Positions 1 through 8,105 of a stretch of DNA of 64,000 nt are shown here, piece after piece. The stretch is from positions 1-64,000 of IMG/VR virus record IMGVR_UViG_3300023174_000145. One strand, 5' to 3'. Every line of letters starts with the position of its first letter. Position 1 is the stretch's first letter. Origin of the DNA: a virus. A program made the position numbers and the translations under genes. The notes under the pieces are model-generated. The model made no database searches and was not told the origin of the DNA. It saw only the letters and a list, made by a program, of their open reading frames with translations.

Positions 1-159
1 AAACTCGGCAGTAAAATTATTGATTTTATGTGGTCCTGCCGTATATACTTCAATGCGTGGGTCGGTAGGAGTAATATTATCCTCAATAGCCACTACTAAT
101 CCACGCATAAATGTTGCATAATCTTGAAACTTATCTGTTCCATATACTAAAATTCTCAT
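1..159 (-). CDS. Partial hypothetical protein (MRILVYGTDKFQDYATFMRG...), runs off the window
   Basis: Manually translated; open frame from ATG at 159 to position 1, preceded by an AAGGA RBS and a promoter; not in the ORF track. Confidence 0.7.
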   Translation of the reverse strand, partial: MRILVYGTDKFQDYATFMRGLVVAIEDNITPTDPRIEVYTAGPHKINNFTAEF

Positions 160-181
160 AGTAAATCCTTTCTGGACTTAT

Positions 182-210
182 ATTATATCAGGTTTTTATG
201 GGGTTGTCTA
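182..210 (-). promoter_or_regulatory. Sigma70-type promoter TAGACA-N17-TATAAT
   Basis: Near-consensus hexamers, 17-nt spacer, TG before the -10, upstream of the ORF at 159. Confidence 0.65.
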
Positions 211-288
211 TCCCTATGTTAGCATTTTGTAGACAATCACCATACGTTTCATGGTCTTGTGTAGGACAACCTATACGACATTTAGACA

Positions 289-2871
289 TTAGGTTAACCT
301 TGCCCAATGAACTGCTGCTGGTGCGACTGATGCTGTAACTGATGTTGCACTAATATCAGTGTTACCTGATGATGCTCCTCCCATCTTAGGGTTAGCGAAC
401 GAGATTGTTGATGCTACTGTTGAACCTGCTATTGATGGAGTTGTCGTGATTGTTCCATTGGAATACCACAAGAACAAAACTGCGTAGGTTGTGCCAGCAG
501 TAAGGTTCACTGTGCTATCGAGTGCAATAGTTGTTAGACCAGTAGCGGTAGCGAAACCAGTAGTTTGTGCAGTCCTTGCCAAAATTGTGTAAGTAGAAGT
601 TCCGTCAAAACTTGCCAAAGCAAACCGACCAAACTCTGTTGTTGAACCAGTTGTAGATTTGGTGGCGGTTACAATCACACTAACGTTGCTGACACTAATG
701 TTTGACATTGGCACAAACGTTGTAGTGCGGATAGTTCCAGAAGTCATGGCAGTACTAGCAGTAGTACCTAAAGCATTAAACCTTGGATACAAGTCCAGAC
801 CTGTTGTTGATCCATTCAAATAACCGTTCAGGTCGTTTTGGCTAATAGCACCGAGATTTGTTCTTGCAGCACTTGGATTAATAGCACCAGTTCCACCATT
901 TGCTACTGGAACGCTAACAACTGTACCTAACAAACCACTAGCAGCATTAGTAACAATACCAGCAGTGTTTAGTCCTGTAGATGTTAAAGTTGTAAATCTT
1001 CCAGTACCTGCTGTTGTTGCACCAATATTAAAGTTATCTATTGTTCCAACAGTTCCACTAGATAAAGATATTGATCCAGGTGATCCATTAGATGTTGCTG
1101 ATGTTGATATATAAATGTTTCCACCAATAGCACCGCCGACCCCTGAAGCTGATGTAAAAATAGAAATATTTCCACCATTAGCATCTCTTAGTGATGATGC
1201 AGTAGCCGTAGATGAAATAGTTATATTGCTTCCAATGGGTCCATTAGCTGCTACATTGGCTGACGCAGACGATGTAATAGAAATAGTTCCACCAGTGGTA
1301 TTTGCAGTTGACATAGAAGATGAAATGTTAAATGGAGATGTTGAAGAAGATGTGCTAACACTTAAAGATGTTAAGCCAGAAAGAGATGTTGCTGTTCCAG
1401 TACCCTGTGAAATAGTAATTGGAGTTGTTCCAATATAAAATGTTTGACCTGTTGTTGCAAGTGTTCCTGTAGATGAAGGTAGTGTAAATGTCAATGCACC
1501 AGTATTAGCATCTGTTGGTTTTATAATTGAAGTTCCTGTTGCAGCAGATTTTAAAGTTATTTGTCCAGTAGTACCATTTAAACCTATGGCAAGAGATGTT
1601 GCAGATAAAACATCTGTTGTATTTATCTTTAATGTTTTACCAGATGCTAAATCAATATTTTCAGATGATGTCCAAGATGAAGTAGAATTAACCCAGTTAA
1701 ATGTTTTATCAGTAGTGCCTTTTAGAGTTATACCACCACCATCTGCGGTGGTATTGGTTGGAGAAGCAACAGATCCTAGTTCAATATTCTTATCATCAAC
1801 CGTTAATGTTGTTGAATTAATGGTAGTTGTTGTTCCATTAATTGTTAAGTCTCCAGAAAGGGTTAAAGATGTTGCAGAAATAGCACCAGTAAATGCAGCC
1901 CCAGAAAGTGGTGCATAACTAGAAAGATCAGATGTTTTTGCAAGTGTTCCAATACCTGTAGGTAATGTTAATGTAGCATTTCCCAATTCAGATGGCATTA
2001 AAGATGTTTGAGTTGCAGCAGCAGTAGTAAATCCTATTGCTGGAGTAAAAGATCCCATACTTCCAAGAAGAACAGCTTTATTTCCTTGCAAATAATCGAC
2101 AGTTATCATATTTTGATTATTTACTTTAACAACTTTTAATGGTTCACCACTTATTGTAGTATCTGATACCGATATTAATCCAGCTTCGGCAGGTGTTTGA
2201 TTTTTCCACAATGTTGTGGCACTGTCATATGCCAATACTTCATTATCTGCAATACTTGCATCGGCTTCTAAACTAACATTATGTAGTTCTTCTAATTCAA
2301 ATCCATTTTGAACGTGAATATATATTTCACCATTACCAGCACTTTTCTTTGTCATTACACCAAGATAAACTAAATGATATGGTGCTGATGGCTTATTTGC
2401 TAATCCATAAATAACACCACCTGCTACTGTTGGAGATAACCACATAGCATCACCAGCATTTGCACCATTAACATTTGTATTTAATCCAGAAAGAATACCA
2501 TCTGTAGCAACATAACCCATACCACTATTTGCAGCAAGATCGGTTTCAAGGAAGCCAAGAGTCTTGCTAGAAAGACCTTCCATATTTGCCTGTGCTAAAT
2601 CAACAGTAACATTTGTTCCATCAGAACCATTAATATAAACTACTGACCCTTTTGGTAATATATTAGATGTACCATTTTTTACATAAATATGAACCTGTGT
2701 AGCATCAGTGGTAGTAGATGTTCCTGATGCCAAACTTCTCCAAGCACCATTAATATATGAACGAATCTGCAAAAGGGTAGTATTAAAATACATATCTCCT
2801 TCTGAACCTGTGGCTGGATCAGAATTAAGATTAACTAAATTAATTGGAACTTGGAACTTTTTATTAGGCAT
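289..2871 (-). CDS. Tail fibre / virion appendage protein
   Basis: 860 aa, G/S/T-rich beta repeats (GGTISITSS, GGNISIFTS, GGNIYISTS), plus GDLTINGTTTTINSTTLTVDDKNIELG and PVANGGTGA motifs typical of phage fibres. Confidence 0.7.
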   Translation of the reverse strand: MPNKKFQVPINLVNLNSDPATGSEGDMYFNTTLLQIRSYINGAWRSLASGTSTTTDATQVHIYVKNGTSNILPKGSVVYINGSDGTNVTVDLAQANMEGLSSKTLGFLETDLAANSGMGYVATDGILSGLNTNVNGANAGDAMWLSPTVAGGVIYGLANKPSAPYHLVYLGVMTKKSAGNGEIYIHVQNGFELEELHNVSLEADASIADNEVLAYDSATTLWKNQTPAEAGLISVSDTTISGEPLKVVKVNNQNMITVDYLQGNKAVLLGSMGSFTPAIGFTTAAATQTSLMPSELGNATLTLPTGIGTLAKTSDLSSYAPLSGAAFTGAISATSLTLSGDLTINGTTTTINSTTLTVDDKNIELGSVASPTNTTADGGGITLKGTTDKTFNWVNSTSSWTSSENIDLASGKTLKINTTDVLSATSLAIGLNGTTGQITLKSAATGTSIIKPTDANTGALTFTLPSSTGTLATTGQTFYIGTTPITISQGTGTATSLSGLTSLSVSTSSSTSPFNISSSMSTANTTGGTISITSSASANVAANGPIGSNITISSTATASSLRDANGGNISIFTSASGVGGAIGGNIYISTSATSNGSPGSISLSSGTVGTIDNFNIGATTAGTGRFTTLTSTGLNTAGIVTNAASGLLGTVVSVPVANGGTGAINPSAARTNLGAISQNDLNGYLNGSTTGLDLYPRFNALGTTASTAMTSGTIRTTTFVPMSNISVSNVSVIVTATKSTTGSTTEFGRFALASFDGTSTYTILARTAQTTGFATATGLTTIALDSTVNLTAGTTYAVLFLWYSNGTITTTPSIAGSTVASTISFANPKMGGASSGNTDISATSVTASVAPAAVHWARLT

Positions 2872-2902
2872 ATTTACATTTTACCATAAATCTAGTAAAT
2901 AC

Positions 2903-3112
2903 CTATTTATTCCACTGCTTAAAAGACCTTAAATAAACAATCATATATGCGGTAGCCATTACGATAAATCCATATTGTTTTGTGAATAATGCATAGGCAA
3001 TCCAGATACATTCATTTACTGTTAAAACCAGCCAGCCCCATATTGTTTTTTGACCAACTAGGAATATGCCTGTTACTCCAATTACCGCCAAAATCCAAGA
3101 CCAATAACTCAC
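2903..3112 (-). CDS. Small membrane protein, PnuC/nicotinamide riboside transporter-like fragment
   Basis: 69 aa, three hydrophobic segments, K-x2-WGW and W-x2-Y...QYGF pattern. Confidence 0.5.
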   Translation of the reverse strand: MSYWSWILAVIGVTGIFLVGQKTIWGWLVLTVNECIWIAYALFTKQYGFIVMATAYMIVYLRSFKQWNK

Positions 3113-3243
3113 TTGTTATCAGTTTCTTTTTTATAACAATCTGGACATAAATACTTAAAATTAAATGCCTGTGTTTCAAGATTCATTTTATCTTGTAAAG
3201 CATAATATGCATCGTTTTCACATTTATCTATTTGACAAATCAT
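3109..3243 (-). CDS. Small zinc-binding hypothetical protein
   Basis: Likely start MICQIDKC overlapping the upstream stop; Cys pairs CQIDKC and CPDC. Confidence 0.5.
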   Translation of the reverse strand: MICQIDKCENDAYYALQDKMNLETQAFNFKYLCPDCYKKETDNK

Positions 3244-3653
3244 TAAAAGTTTCCATAATCTACTTGTAAACAAGTCAAGCCAATAGAACGCCACATATCA
3301 ACAACTCTTTGTCTATCATCAAGCACACAAACTACATCAAAGTTTGGTTTAATTAGTTCTTCATAAATCTCACGCTTAACGACACCATCATTTCTGGTAT
3401 CACCAGTTTTACGCATAAATAATTTCATAAAAGGCGGGCAGTGCAAACGAAGCCATTCAAATGTATCGTCATAACAGATATCATCTCTAGCAGAAACAAA
3501 GATAATTTTATGTCCTGCTTTCCATAAACAGTTTACAACTTCAATTACATCTGGCTTTGGAGCATCATCAAGAACCTTAGAATAATCATATGGATCACGA
3601 TTAGTTCTAGTTGCTACTGTGCCATCAATGTCTACAATTACAGCTTTTTGCAT
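3243..3653 (-). CDS. HAD-family phosphatase (T4 PseT/polynucleotide kinase 3'-phosphatase domain)
   Basis: DIDGT motif I, SAR motif, MRKTGDTRND..VK, and DDR..VVDMWRSIGL.CLQV. Confidence 0.88.
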   Translation of the reverse strand: MQKAVIVDIDGTVATRTNRDPYDYSKVLDDAPKPDVIEVVNCLWKAGHKIIFVSARDDICYDDTFEWLRLHCPPFMKLFMRKTGDTRNDGVVKREIYEELIKPNFDVVCVLDDRQRVVDMWRSIGLTCLQVDYGNF

Positions 3654-3789
3654 TTTTTCTTTTCTTTCTTTTTTTATTTGCCGAGTACTCTTCTTTTATT
3701 CCTAAAAATAGTGTTCCTATTAAAAAAAATGCGGTTCCACTTAAAAGCAATGTTATAAAACCGCCAAGAACATTATCTACACTACACAT
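3625..3789 (-). CDS. Small membrane protein
   Basis: One TM helix followed by a basic tail; start trimmed to the ATG overlapping the upstream stop. Confidence 0.45.
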   Translation of the reverse strand: MCSVDNVLGGFITLLLSGTAFFLIGTLFLGIKEEYSANKKRKKRKNAKSCNCRH

Positions 3790-4264
3790 TTGTTTTCTCC
3801 TTATGAGTTGTCCAATAATAATTACAACGCTCACAACAAACACTATCACGATATGTATGAAATGCTTCTTCATATTGTGGATAAAGTTCTGGTGCTTTTG
3901 CGTATAGCCGACCACGATGAGTTACAACTACTTTATCAAACTCATCTGTTGACATCCAGTCTGGAAGAATAGCAGATTCCTGATTAGGGAAATGCTGTTT
4001 GTGAACACGCTCAATAACTTCCCAGTTATTTTCCCACTTGTATCCACGTTTTTCCATTTCGTCACGAATAGCAGAAAGGTACATATATAGCACACCCTCT
4101 GAACCTGCGAACATTTTAACCGCAGGATGATTTCTCCAACCTGCCGATTCACCAGAAAGTGTCTGTAAGATCTGACGACCTTCTAGTAATTGCTTAACTA
4201 ATCTTTTAGTATCAAGAACACTTGCACATTCAGCAAATGTATATTCAGATAAAAATACCTGCAT
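3782..4264 (-). CDS. Pyrimidine dimer DNA glycosylase / DenV-like (MSMEG_6728 family)
   Basis: MQVFL...LDTKRLVKQLLE.RQIL, GWRNHPAVKMF, H...L..K.PE.Y. Confidence 0.8.
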   Translation of the reverse strand: MQVFLSEYTFAECASVLDTKRLVKQLLEGRQILQTLSGESAGWRNHPAVKMFAGSEGVLYMYLSAIRDEMEKRGYKWENNWEVIERVHKQHFPNQESAILPDWMSTDEFDKVVVTHRGRLYAKAPELYPQYEEAFHTYRDSVCCERCNYYWTTHKEKTNV

Positions 4265-4292
4265 AACCGTCCTAAGTTTGTTGTGAGATTCT

Positions 4293-4321
4293 AGTATACC
4301 TAATTAATAGGAGAATGTCAA
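4293..4321 (-). promoter_or_regulatory. Sigma70 promoter TTGACA-N17-TATACT
   Basis: Consensus hexamers with a 17-nt spacer. Confidence 0.75.
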
Positions 4322-4839
4322 GAGAGTTTAAGGAATGAGCCATTCCAAATATTGTCAGACTTTGCTGTAGGCTCTACAATTTTTTCTTCTGGGATAATCC
4401 ACATTTTGCATACTGCTTCTGGTTCAATAGCACCCTCTACAATCATACATTGATTGCCTGTATTGTCATTAAAGAAGATACAGTTTTGGCACATAAGACC
4501 TGTAGCCTTAAATGGATTAGCACTTGCAGGTGCATAATGAGCACCATCAGCTTTTGATGTTTGATTAAACATACCATATTCTAAAACTATTTCAAATAGT
4601 GATTCGGCTTGTTCTTGTTGTCTTTCATTAAGACTATCCCATTCATCTGCTTGGTCAGAAGGTTCTGGTGTTTCTGGTACTACCGCTTTTGCTACCTTTG
4701 CTTCTGATGCATACAATGCTCTCTGTTGAGCAATAGCACTTTTGCGGGATTTATGACAAGCAACAACTTCATTAGTTGAGTCTTTAACTACTGCATATCC
4801 CGATCCACATCGTGAATCTTTTTTAACTGACCAAGGCAT
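4318..4839 (-). CDS. Hypothetical protein with C-terminal HiPIP-like four-Cys domain
   Basis: CQNCIFF-x7-C-x12-CKMW resembles HiPIP Cys spacing; N-terminal MPW..K...C.GYAVVK module seen in phage head-associated proteins. Confidence 0.55.
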   Translation of the reverse strand: MPWSVKKDSRCGSGYAVVKDSTNEVVACHKSRKSAIAQQRALYASEAKVAKAVVPETPEPSDQADEWDSLNERQQEQAESLFEIVLEYGMFNQTSKADGAHYAPASANPFKATGLMCQNCIFFNDNTGNQCMIVEGAIEPEAVCKMWIIPEEKIVEPTAKSDNIWNGSFLKLS

Positions 4840-4854
4840 AGTATTATTATACTA

Positions 4855-5145
4855 CTATTCTCCGAATAATGCTTTTTTAAGTGCTGGCTTTGGTTTAGCA
4901 CCAATAACCTGTGCTGTCTTAGAGCCATCAACATATACAGAAATAACAGGAATACTTGTGATATTAAATGCATTTGCAAGTTCCTGATTTTCATCAACAT
5001 TGATCTTTAACAACTTTGCACCAGTTTCCTCTGCAAGTTGCTCCAATACAGGTGTAACCATTTTACAAGGACCACACCATTCTGCCCAGAAATCTACAAT
5101 AGTAGTTCCCTTTTTAACTTCTTCTACAAAGTCTGCAATATTCAT
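4855..5145 (-). CDS. trxA: Thioredoxin
   Basis: DFWAEWCGPCK active site, cis-Pro SIP, GAKPK. Confidence 0.95.
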   Translation of the reverse strand: MNIADFVEEVKKGTTIVDFWAEWCGPCKMVTPVLEQLAEETGAKLLKINVDENQELANAFNITSIPVISVYVDGSKTAQVIGAKPKPALKKALFGE

Positions 5146-5168
5146 AACTTTCTCCTTTTTAATATAAC

Positions 5169-5267
5169 GGTGACAGGAAGACCTTTATTTACCTACACTG
5201 GCAAACGTGTCTCTCTGGACTCGTAACTGTAACTATCAACCATCACTAAGGACGACTTCCTGCCACC
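5169..5267 (-). ncRNA. Putative structured RNA closed by a 12-bp terminal stem
   Basis: GGTGGCAGGAAG pairs with CTTCCTGTCACC (one G-U on the minus strand); starts 3 nt after tRNA-Thr; no convincing ORF. Confidence 0.45.
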
Positions 5268-5270
5268 AAG

Positions 5271-5342
5271 AGCCTCGTATCCGATTTGAACGGATGACCC
5301 TCGCTTTACAAGAGCGATGCTCTACCACTGAGCTAACAAGGC
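5271..5342 (-). tRNA. tRNA-Thr(UGU)
   Basis: Cloverleaf; anticodon arm TCGCT-CTTGTAA-AGCGA; T loop GTTCAAATC. Confidence 0.92.
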
Positions 5343-5355
5343 GTGTTTGAAAAAA

Positions 5356-5463
5356 TTACTTTTTCCAAAACTTTTTAAAATTAGGATGCAAAAATGCCAG
5401 ACCAACTACTCCAGAAAGTCCAGTAATAATTTTCTTTATTGTGTAATGCCTACCCTTATTCAT
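5356..5463 (-). CDS. Small hypothetical peptide (35 aa) with hydrophobic stretch
   Basis: Strong AGGAGG RBS before MNKGRHYTIRKIITGLSGVVGLAFLH. Confidence 0.5.
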   Translation of the reverse strand: MNKGRHYTIKKIITGLSGVVGLAFLHPNFKKFWKK

Positions 5464-5474
5464 AACGCCTCCTA

Positions 5475-5705
5475 TTATTCTACTACAATATCAACTACAC
5501 CTGCGGTACGCAGATAGTTAAAAGTAGCCGCTAAATATTCACGAGTATGACAAACGTGACAACCACAATACAATGCTACATCGTCAAGATACTCTGGTAA
5601 ATCTTCACCTTCATAATCAATTACTTCATAGCAACGATCCATATGTGAGTCTACAGCATTTTGTAGTGCTGTTGCCTGTCCATCTGTTAAACTAATTTTT
5701 ATCAT
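5475..5705 (-). CDS. Hypothetical protein
   Basis: 76-aa ORF with CGCHVC motif directly behind a consensus promoter. Confidence 0.65.
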   Translation of the reverse strand: MIKISLTDGQATALQNAVDSHMDRCYEVIDYEGEDLPEYLDDVALYCGCHVCHTREYLAATFNYLRTAGVVDIVVE

Positions 5706-5711
5706 AACTAT

Positions 5712-5740
5712 ATGGTATCAAATCTAATCGATTTTGTCAA
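5712..5740 (-). promoter_or_regulatory. Sigma70 promoter TTGACA-N17-TACCAT, probably leaderless
   Basis: -10 hexamer ends 6 nt before the ATG at 5705. Confidence 0.7.
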
Positions 5741-5742
5741 TA

Positions 5743-6189
5743 CTAATCTGATGTTTCTTTTACGACTGCACCTAGCATCCAATGCCATCTTTGGTGCATA
5801 TCCTGACGCTCTGCAAAGAAGTTTGCCAAAGCATTTTGCTTCAATTCTGTGGCTAAATCAAAACCTCTAATAAGTTTGACAGTCACAGCATCATTTGCAG
5901 CCAATAGGTCTGAAGCCATAGAAACTGGATCTGAAGTTACATCTGTTTCTGGAAGGTCAGAATATGCAATAAATCTAGAAAGTTTATATGGTGCATAATC
6001 ACCAAGTTTTCTCAACCATTCAGCAAAGGTGTCAATAGAGCTATCATAATCTTGATAGATATCTTCAAAAAACTCGTGATACTGAGGGAAATCATCGCCC
6101 TCTACATTCCAATGATAACCGTGTGCCTTAAACTTAAGAGCAACCATATCAGATAGGGCAACTCTAAGTATTTGCAACAATTCTTCCAT
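5743..6189 (-). CDS. dps: Dps / ferritin-like DNA protection protein
   Basis: HGYHWNVEG.DF.QYHEFF..IY, D.FAE.LRKLG, HWML. Confidence 0.93.
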   Translation of the reverse strand: MEELLQILRVALSDMVALKFKAHGYHWNVEGDDFPQYHEFFEDIYQDYDSSIDTFAEWLRKLGDYAPYKLSRFIAYSDLPETDVTSDPVSMASDLLAANDAVTVKLIRGFDLATELKQNALANFFAERQDMHQRWHWMLGAVVKETSD

Positions 6190-6231
6190 TTCAGTCTCCT
6201 TAGATTTATAATATTATTATACATTATTTTG

Positions 6232-6302
6232 CTCCCCACCGTAGATTCGAACTACGATTGCTAGTGCCAAAAACTAGAGTCCTGCCATTAGACGAATGGG
6301 GA
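6232..6302 (-). tRNA. tRNA-Gln(UUG)
   Basis: Anticodon arm CTAGT-TTTTGGC-ACTAG; T loop GTTCGAATC. Confidence 0.9.
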
Positions 6303-6306
6303 TTAG

Positions 6307-6379
6307 TGGAGAATAGGCGACTTGAACGCCTAACCCCTGCCTTGCAAAAGCAGTGCTCTACCGATTGAGCTAATTCCCC
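6307..6379 (-). tRNA. tRNA-Ala(UGC)
   Basis: Anticodon loop TTTGCAA; G3-U70 pair in the acceptor stem. Confidence 0.93.
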
Positions 6380-6383
6380 TTTG

Positions 6384-6456
6384 TACCCCCAGTAGGACTT
6401 GAACCTACGACCCACAGATTAAAAGTCTGCTGTTCTACCAACTGAACTATGGAGGC
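6384..6456 (-). tRNA. tRNA-Lys(UUU)
   Basis: Anticodon arm GCAGA-CTTTTAA-TCTGT. Confidence 0.93.
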
Positions 6457-6457
6457 T

Positions 6458-6534
6458 TGGTACAGGTAGGTGGACTTGAACCACCGACCCCCACATTATC
6501 AGTGTGGTGCTCTAACCGACTGAGCCATACCTGT
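6458..6534 (-). tRNA. tRNA-Ile(GAU)
   Basis: Anticodon arm CCACA-CTGATAA-TGTGG; encoded CCA end. Confidence 0.93.
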
Positions 6535-6537
6535 ATA

Positions 6538-6690
6538 TTATAGATTAGTTATTAATGTGTAACCAACCCATAAACCAACAATACCCATAACGCCAGACAT
6601 TACTGGCGGTGCAGGAACTGGAAGTTTAAGCAATGCAAATACAATACCACAAACAGAACCTGTCAATGTTGATAAAATAATTTCTTTCAT
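6538..6690 (-). CDS. XapX/DUF1427-family small membrane protein (50 aa)
   Basis: Manual translation: G.VFALLKLPVPAPP...GV.GIVG.WVG signature; AAGGA RBS; below the ORF-track cutoff. Confidence 0.8.
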   Translation of the reverse strand: MKEIILSTLTGSVCGIVFALLKLPVPAPPVMSGVMGIVGLWVGYTLITNL

Positions 6691-6708
6691 TTTTTCCTTT
6701 TCTCTACG

Positions 6709-6781
6709 CTCTCCCTACTGGACTTGAACCAATAACACTTCGATTAACAGTCGAATGCTCTGCCGATTGAGCTAAGGGAGA
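6709..6781 (-). tRNA. tRNA-Asn(GUU)
   Basis: Anticodon arm TTCGA-CTGTTAA-TCGAA. Confidence 0.92.
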
Positions 6782-6818
6782 TTGTGAGCAGTTTAGTGTC
6801 TTACTCAGGAACTTTTAT

Positions 6819-7289
6819 TTAGTACCAGCCTTTGCGGTTCCAGAAGGACAAAGCGGAACAAGGTGTTCCATAACGAGCCTTAATGTATTTCAATCCCCAT
6901 TTGATTTGTGTATGAGGATCGTTATACCAATTAGGACCTGCGCTTGCCATTTTATTTCCTGGAAGTGATTGTGGGATACCGTGAGCACCAGATGATGGGT
7001 TATGAGCATTTACTCTCCAACCGCTTTCTCTGTTCCACAACGTTACTAAACAAGTATATTGACTACCACACCAGCCATATTTATTAGCCATATAGGTTTT
7101 AGCAAAACGCTTATTGTAAGCAGGTTTTGCATAGGGCAGCCTTTGATAACTCCGTGATGCTGTTTTAGAAACAACACACCGAGTATGTCTTTCATTAGCG
7201 TTGGCTTGACTCTGGGCTATTGGTAGCGATACAAGTAAACTTGCAAGAAGCGCAATAGCGGGAATCAAAACCTTGGTTTTGAATCGCAT
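6819..7289 (-). CDS. Secreted lytic transglycosylase (actinobacterial SLT/lysozyme-like)
   Basis: Signal peptide; CL..LWNRESGW...A.NPSSGAHGIPQSLP...QIKWGLKYIKARYG.PC.A...W...GWY. Confidence 0.88.
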   Translation of the reverse strand: MRFKTKVLIPAIALLASLLVSLPIAQSQANANERHTRCVVSKTASRSYQRLPYAKPAYNKRFAKTYMANKYGWCGSQYTCLVTLWNRESGWRVNAHNPSSGAHGIPQSLPGNKMASAGPNWYNDPHTQIKWGLKYIKARYGTPCSALSFWNRKGWY

Positions 7290-7295
7290 ATATCT

Positions 7296-7324
7296 AGTCT
7301 ATCATAGATAGACAGTAAAGTCAA
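7296..7324 (-). promoter_or_regulatory. Promoter TTGACT-N17-TAGACT, leaderless
   Basis: 17-nt spacer; -10 ends 6 nt before the ATG at 7289. Confidence 0.65.
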
Positions 7325-7327
7325 TAG

Positions 7328-7468
7328 TTATCTTCTACCAGAACCACGTTTTACATATCCAGTTTTCTTTTTATTCATACTTCCTGGAGTATTGTATCCA
7401 CTTTTATTTGGTGTATTCTTAATTCTAATTTCAAGTGATTCTTTAATTTTGTCGTGGTGTTTGCCCAT
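7328..7468 (-). CDS. Small basic hypothetical protein (46 aa)
   Basis: Manual translation MGKHHDKIKESLEIRIKNTPNKSGYNTPGSMNKKKTG... Confidence 0.55.
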   Translation of the reverse strand: MGKHHDKIKESLEIRIKNTPNKSGYNTPGSMNKKKTGYVKRGSGRR

Positions 7469-7601
7469 TATTTTCTACTTCCGTCCAAAAATCCATAGTT
7501 TCTTCAATCTTCATCATAGCATCTGAAAATGAAAGATCAGCTAAGTCTTCATAATCTAGACCTATTTTATTTACAAGTCTTAAAAGTTTATGCGTTATCA
7601 T
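7443..7601 (-). CDS. Small hypothetical protein (52 aa)
   Basis: Manual translation MITHKLLRLVNKIGLDYEDL...; GGAG RBS; overlaps both neighbours. Confidence 0.45.
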   Translation of the reverse strand: MITHKLLRLVNKIGLDYEDLADLSFSDAMMKIEETMDFWTEVENNGQTPRQN

Positions 7602-7788
7602 TTTTCTTTACTCCAAATAAAAAGAACTTAATCAGCCCAATAAAGAAGTTAAGAATAACTACTTCTAAATATCCAAGAGCAGGTACTACTGGTAAAAATG
7701 AGTGTACAACACCTGCCGTAATCATAAACACCCAAAATAAAAATACTGTAGCAATTAATGCTGGTACAAAATAGTTATTGTTTTTCAT
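7588..7788 (-). CDS. Small two-TM membrane protein (holin candidate)
   Basis: Two hydrophobic helices and a basic C-terminus; lies near peptidoglycan hydrolases; start trimmed to MKNNNY. Confidence 0.45.
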   Translation of the reverse strand: MKNNNYFVPALIATVFLFWVFMITAGVVHSFLPVVPALGYLEVVILNFFIGLIKFFLFGVKKNDNA

Positions 7789-7871
7789 TGTTTTTCCATT
7801 CATTTGCTTTATATCCAAGAAGAACAGCAAGTATAGTGGCAACCTGACCAACTATAAATCCAAAAATAAAA

Positions 7872-8093
7872 TTAATCATTTAATACACTCACTGTAATTA
7901 GAAATGCTTCTGCAAAAGCCGCATTTTCTACTGCAAGATCTTCAACGTGACCTACATCTAATGTTCTACGAGCAAGATATTCCTGTAACCCAAAAGTATA
8001 TTTAGTAATAAAATCATCTACTGAAATAAACTTATTAGATTCTTTTTTAGATTCTTTTGACACTTTTTCAAATTTCCATTCGTTATAACTCAT
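7872..8093 (-). CDS. Hypothetical protein
   Basis: Start trimmed to MSYNEWK (AAGGA RBS) because the longer ORF overlaps the tmRNA. Confidence 0.55.
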   Translation of the reverse strand: MSYNEWKFEKVSKESKKESNKFISVDDFITKYTFGLQEYLARRTLDVGHVEDLAVENAAFAEAFLITVSVLND

Positions 8094-8105
8094 TATTATC
8101 CTTTG

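Noticed and set aside
225-290. Short GACA-containing repeats upstream of the promoter at 182-210
   Set aside because: Too short and irregular to call operators or iterons by eye
6224-6415. 63-aa minus-strand ORF
   Set aside because: Lies entirely over tRNA-Gln, tRNA-Ala and tRNA-Lys
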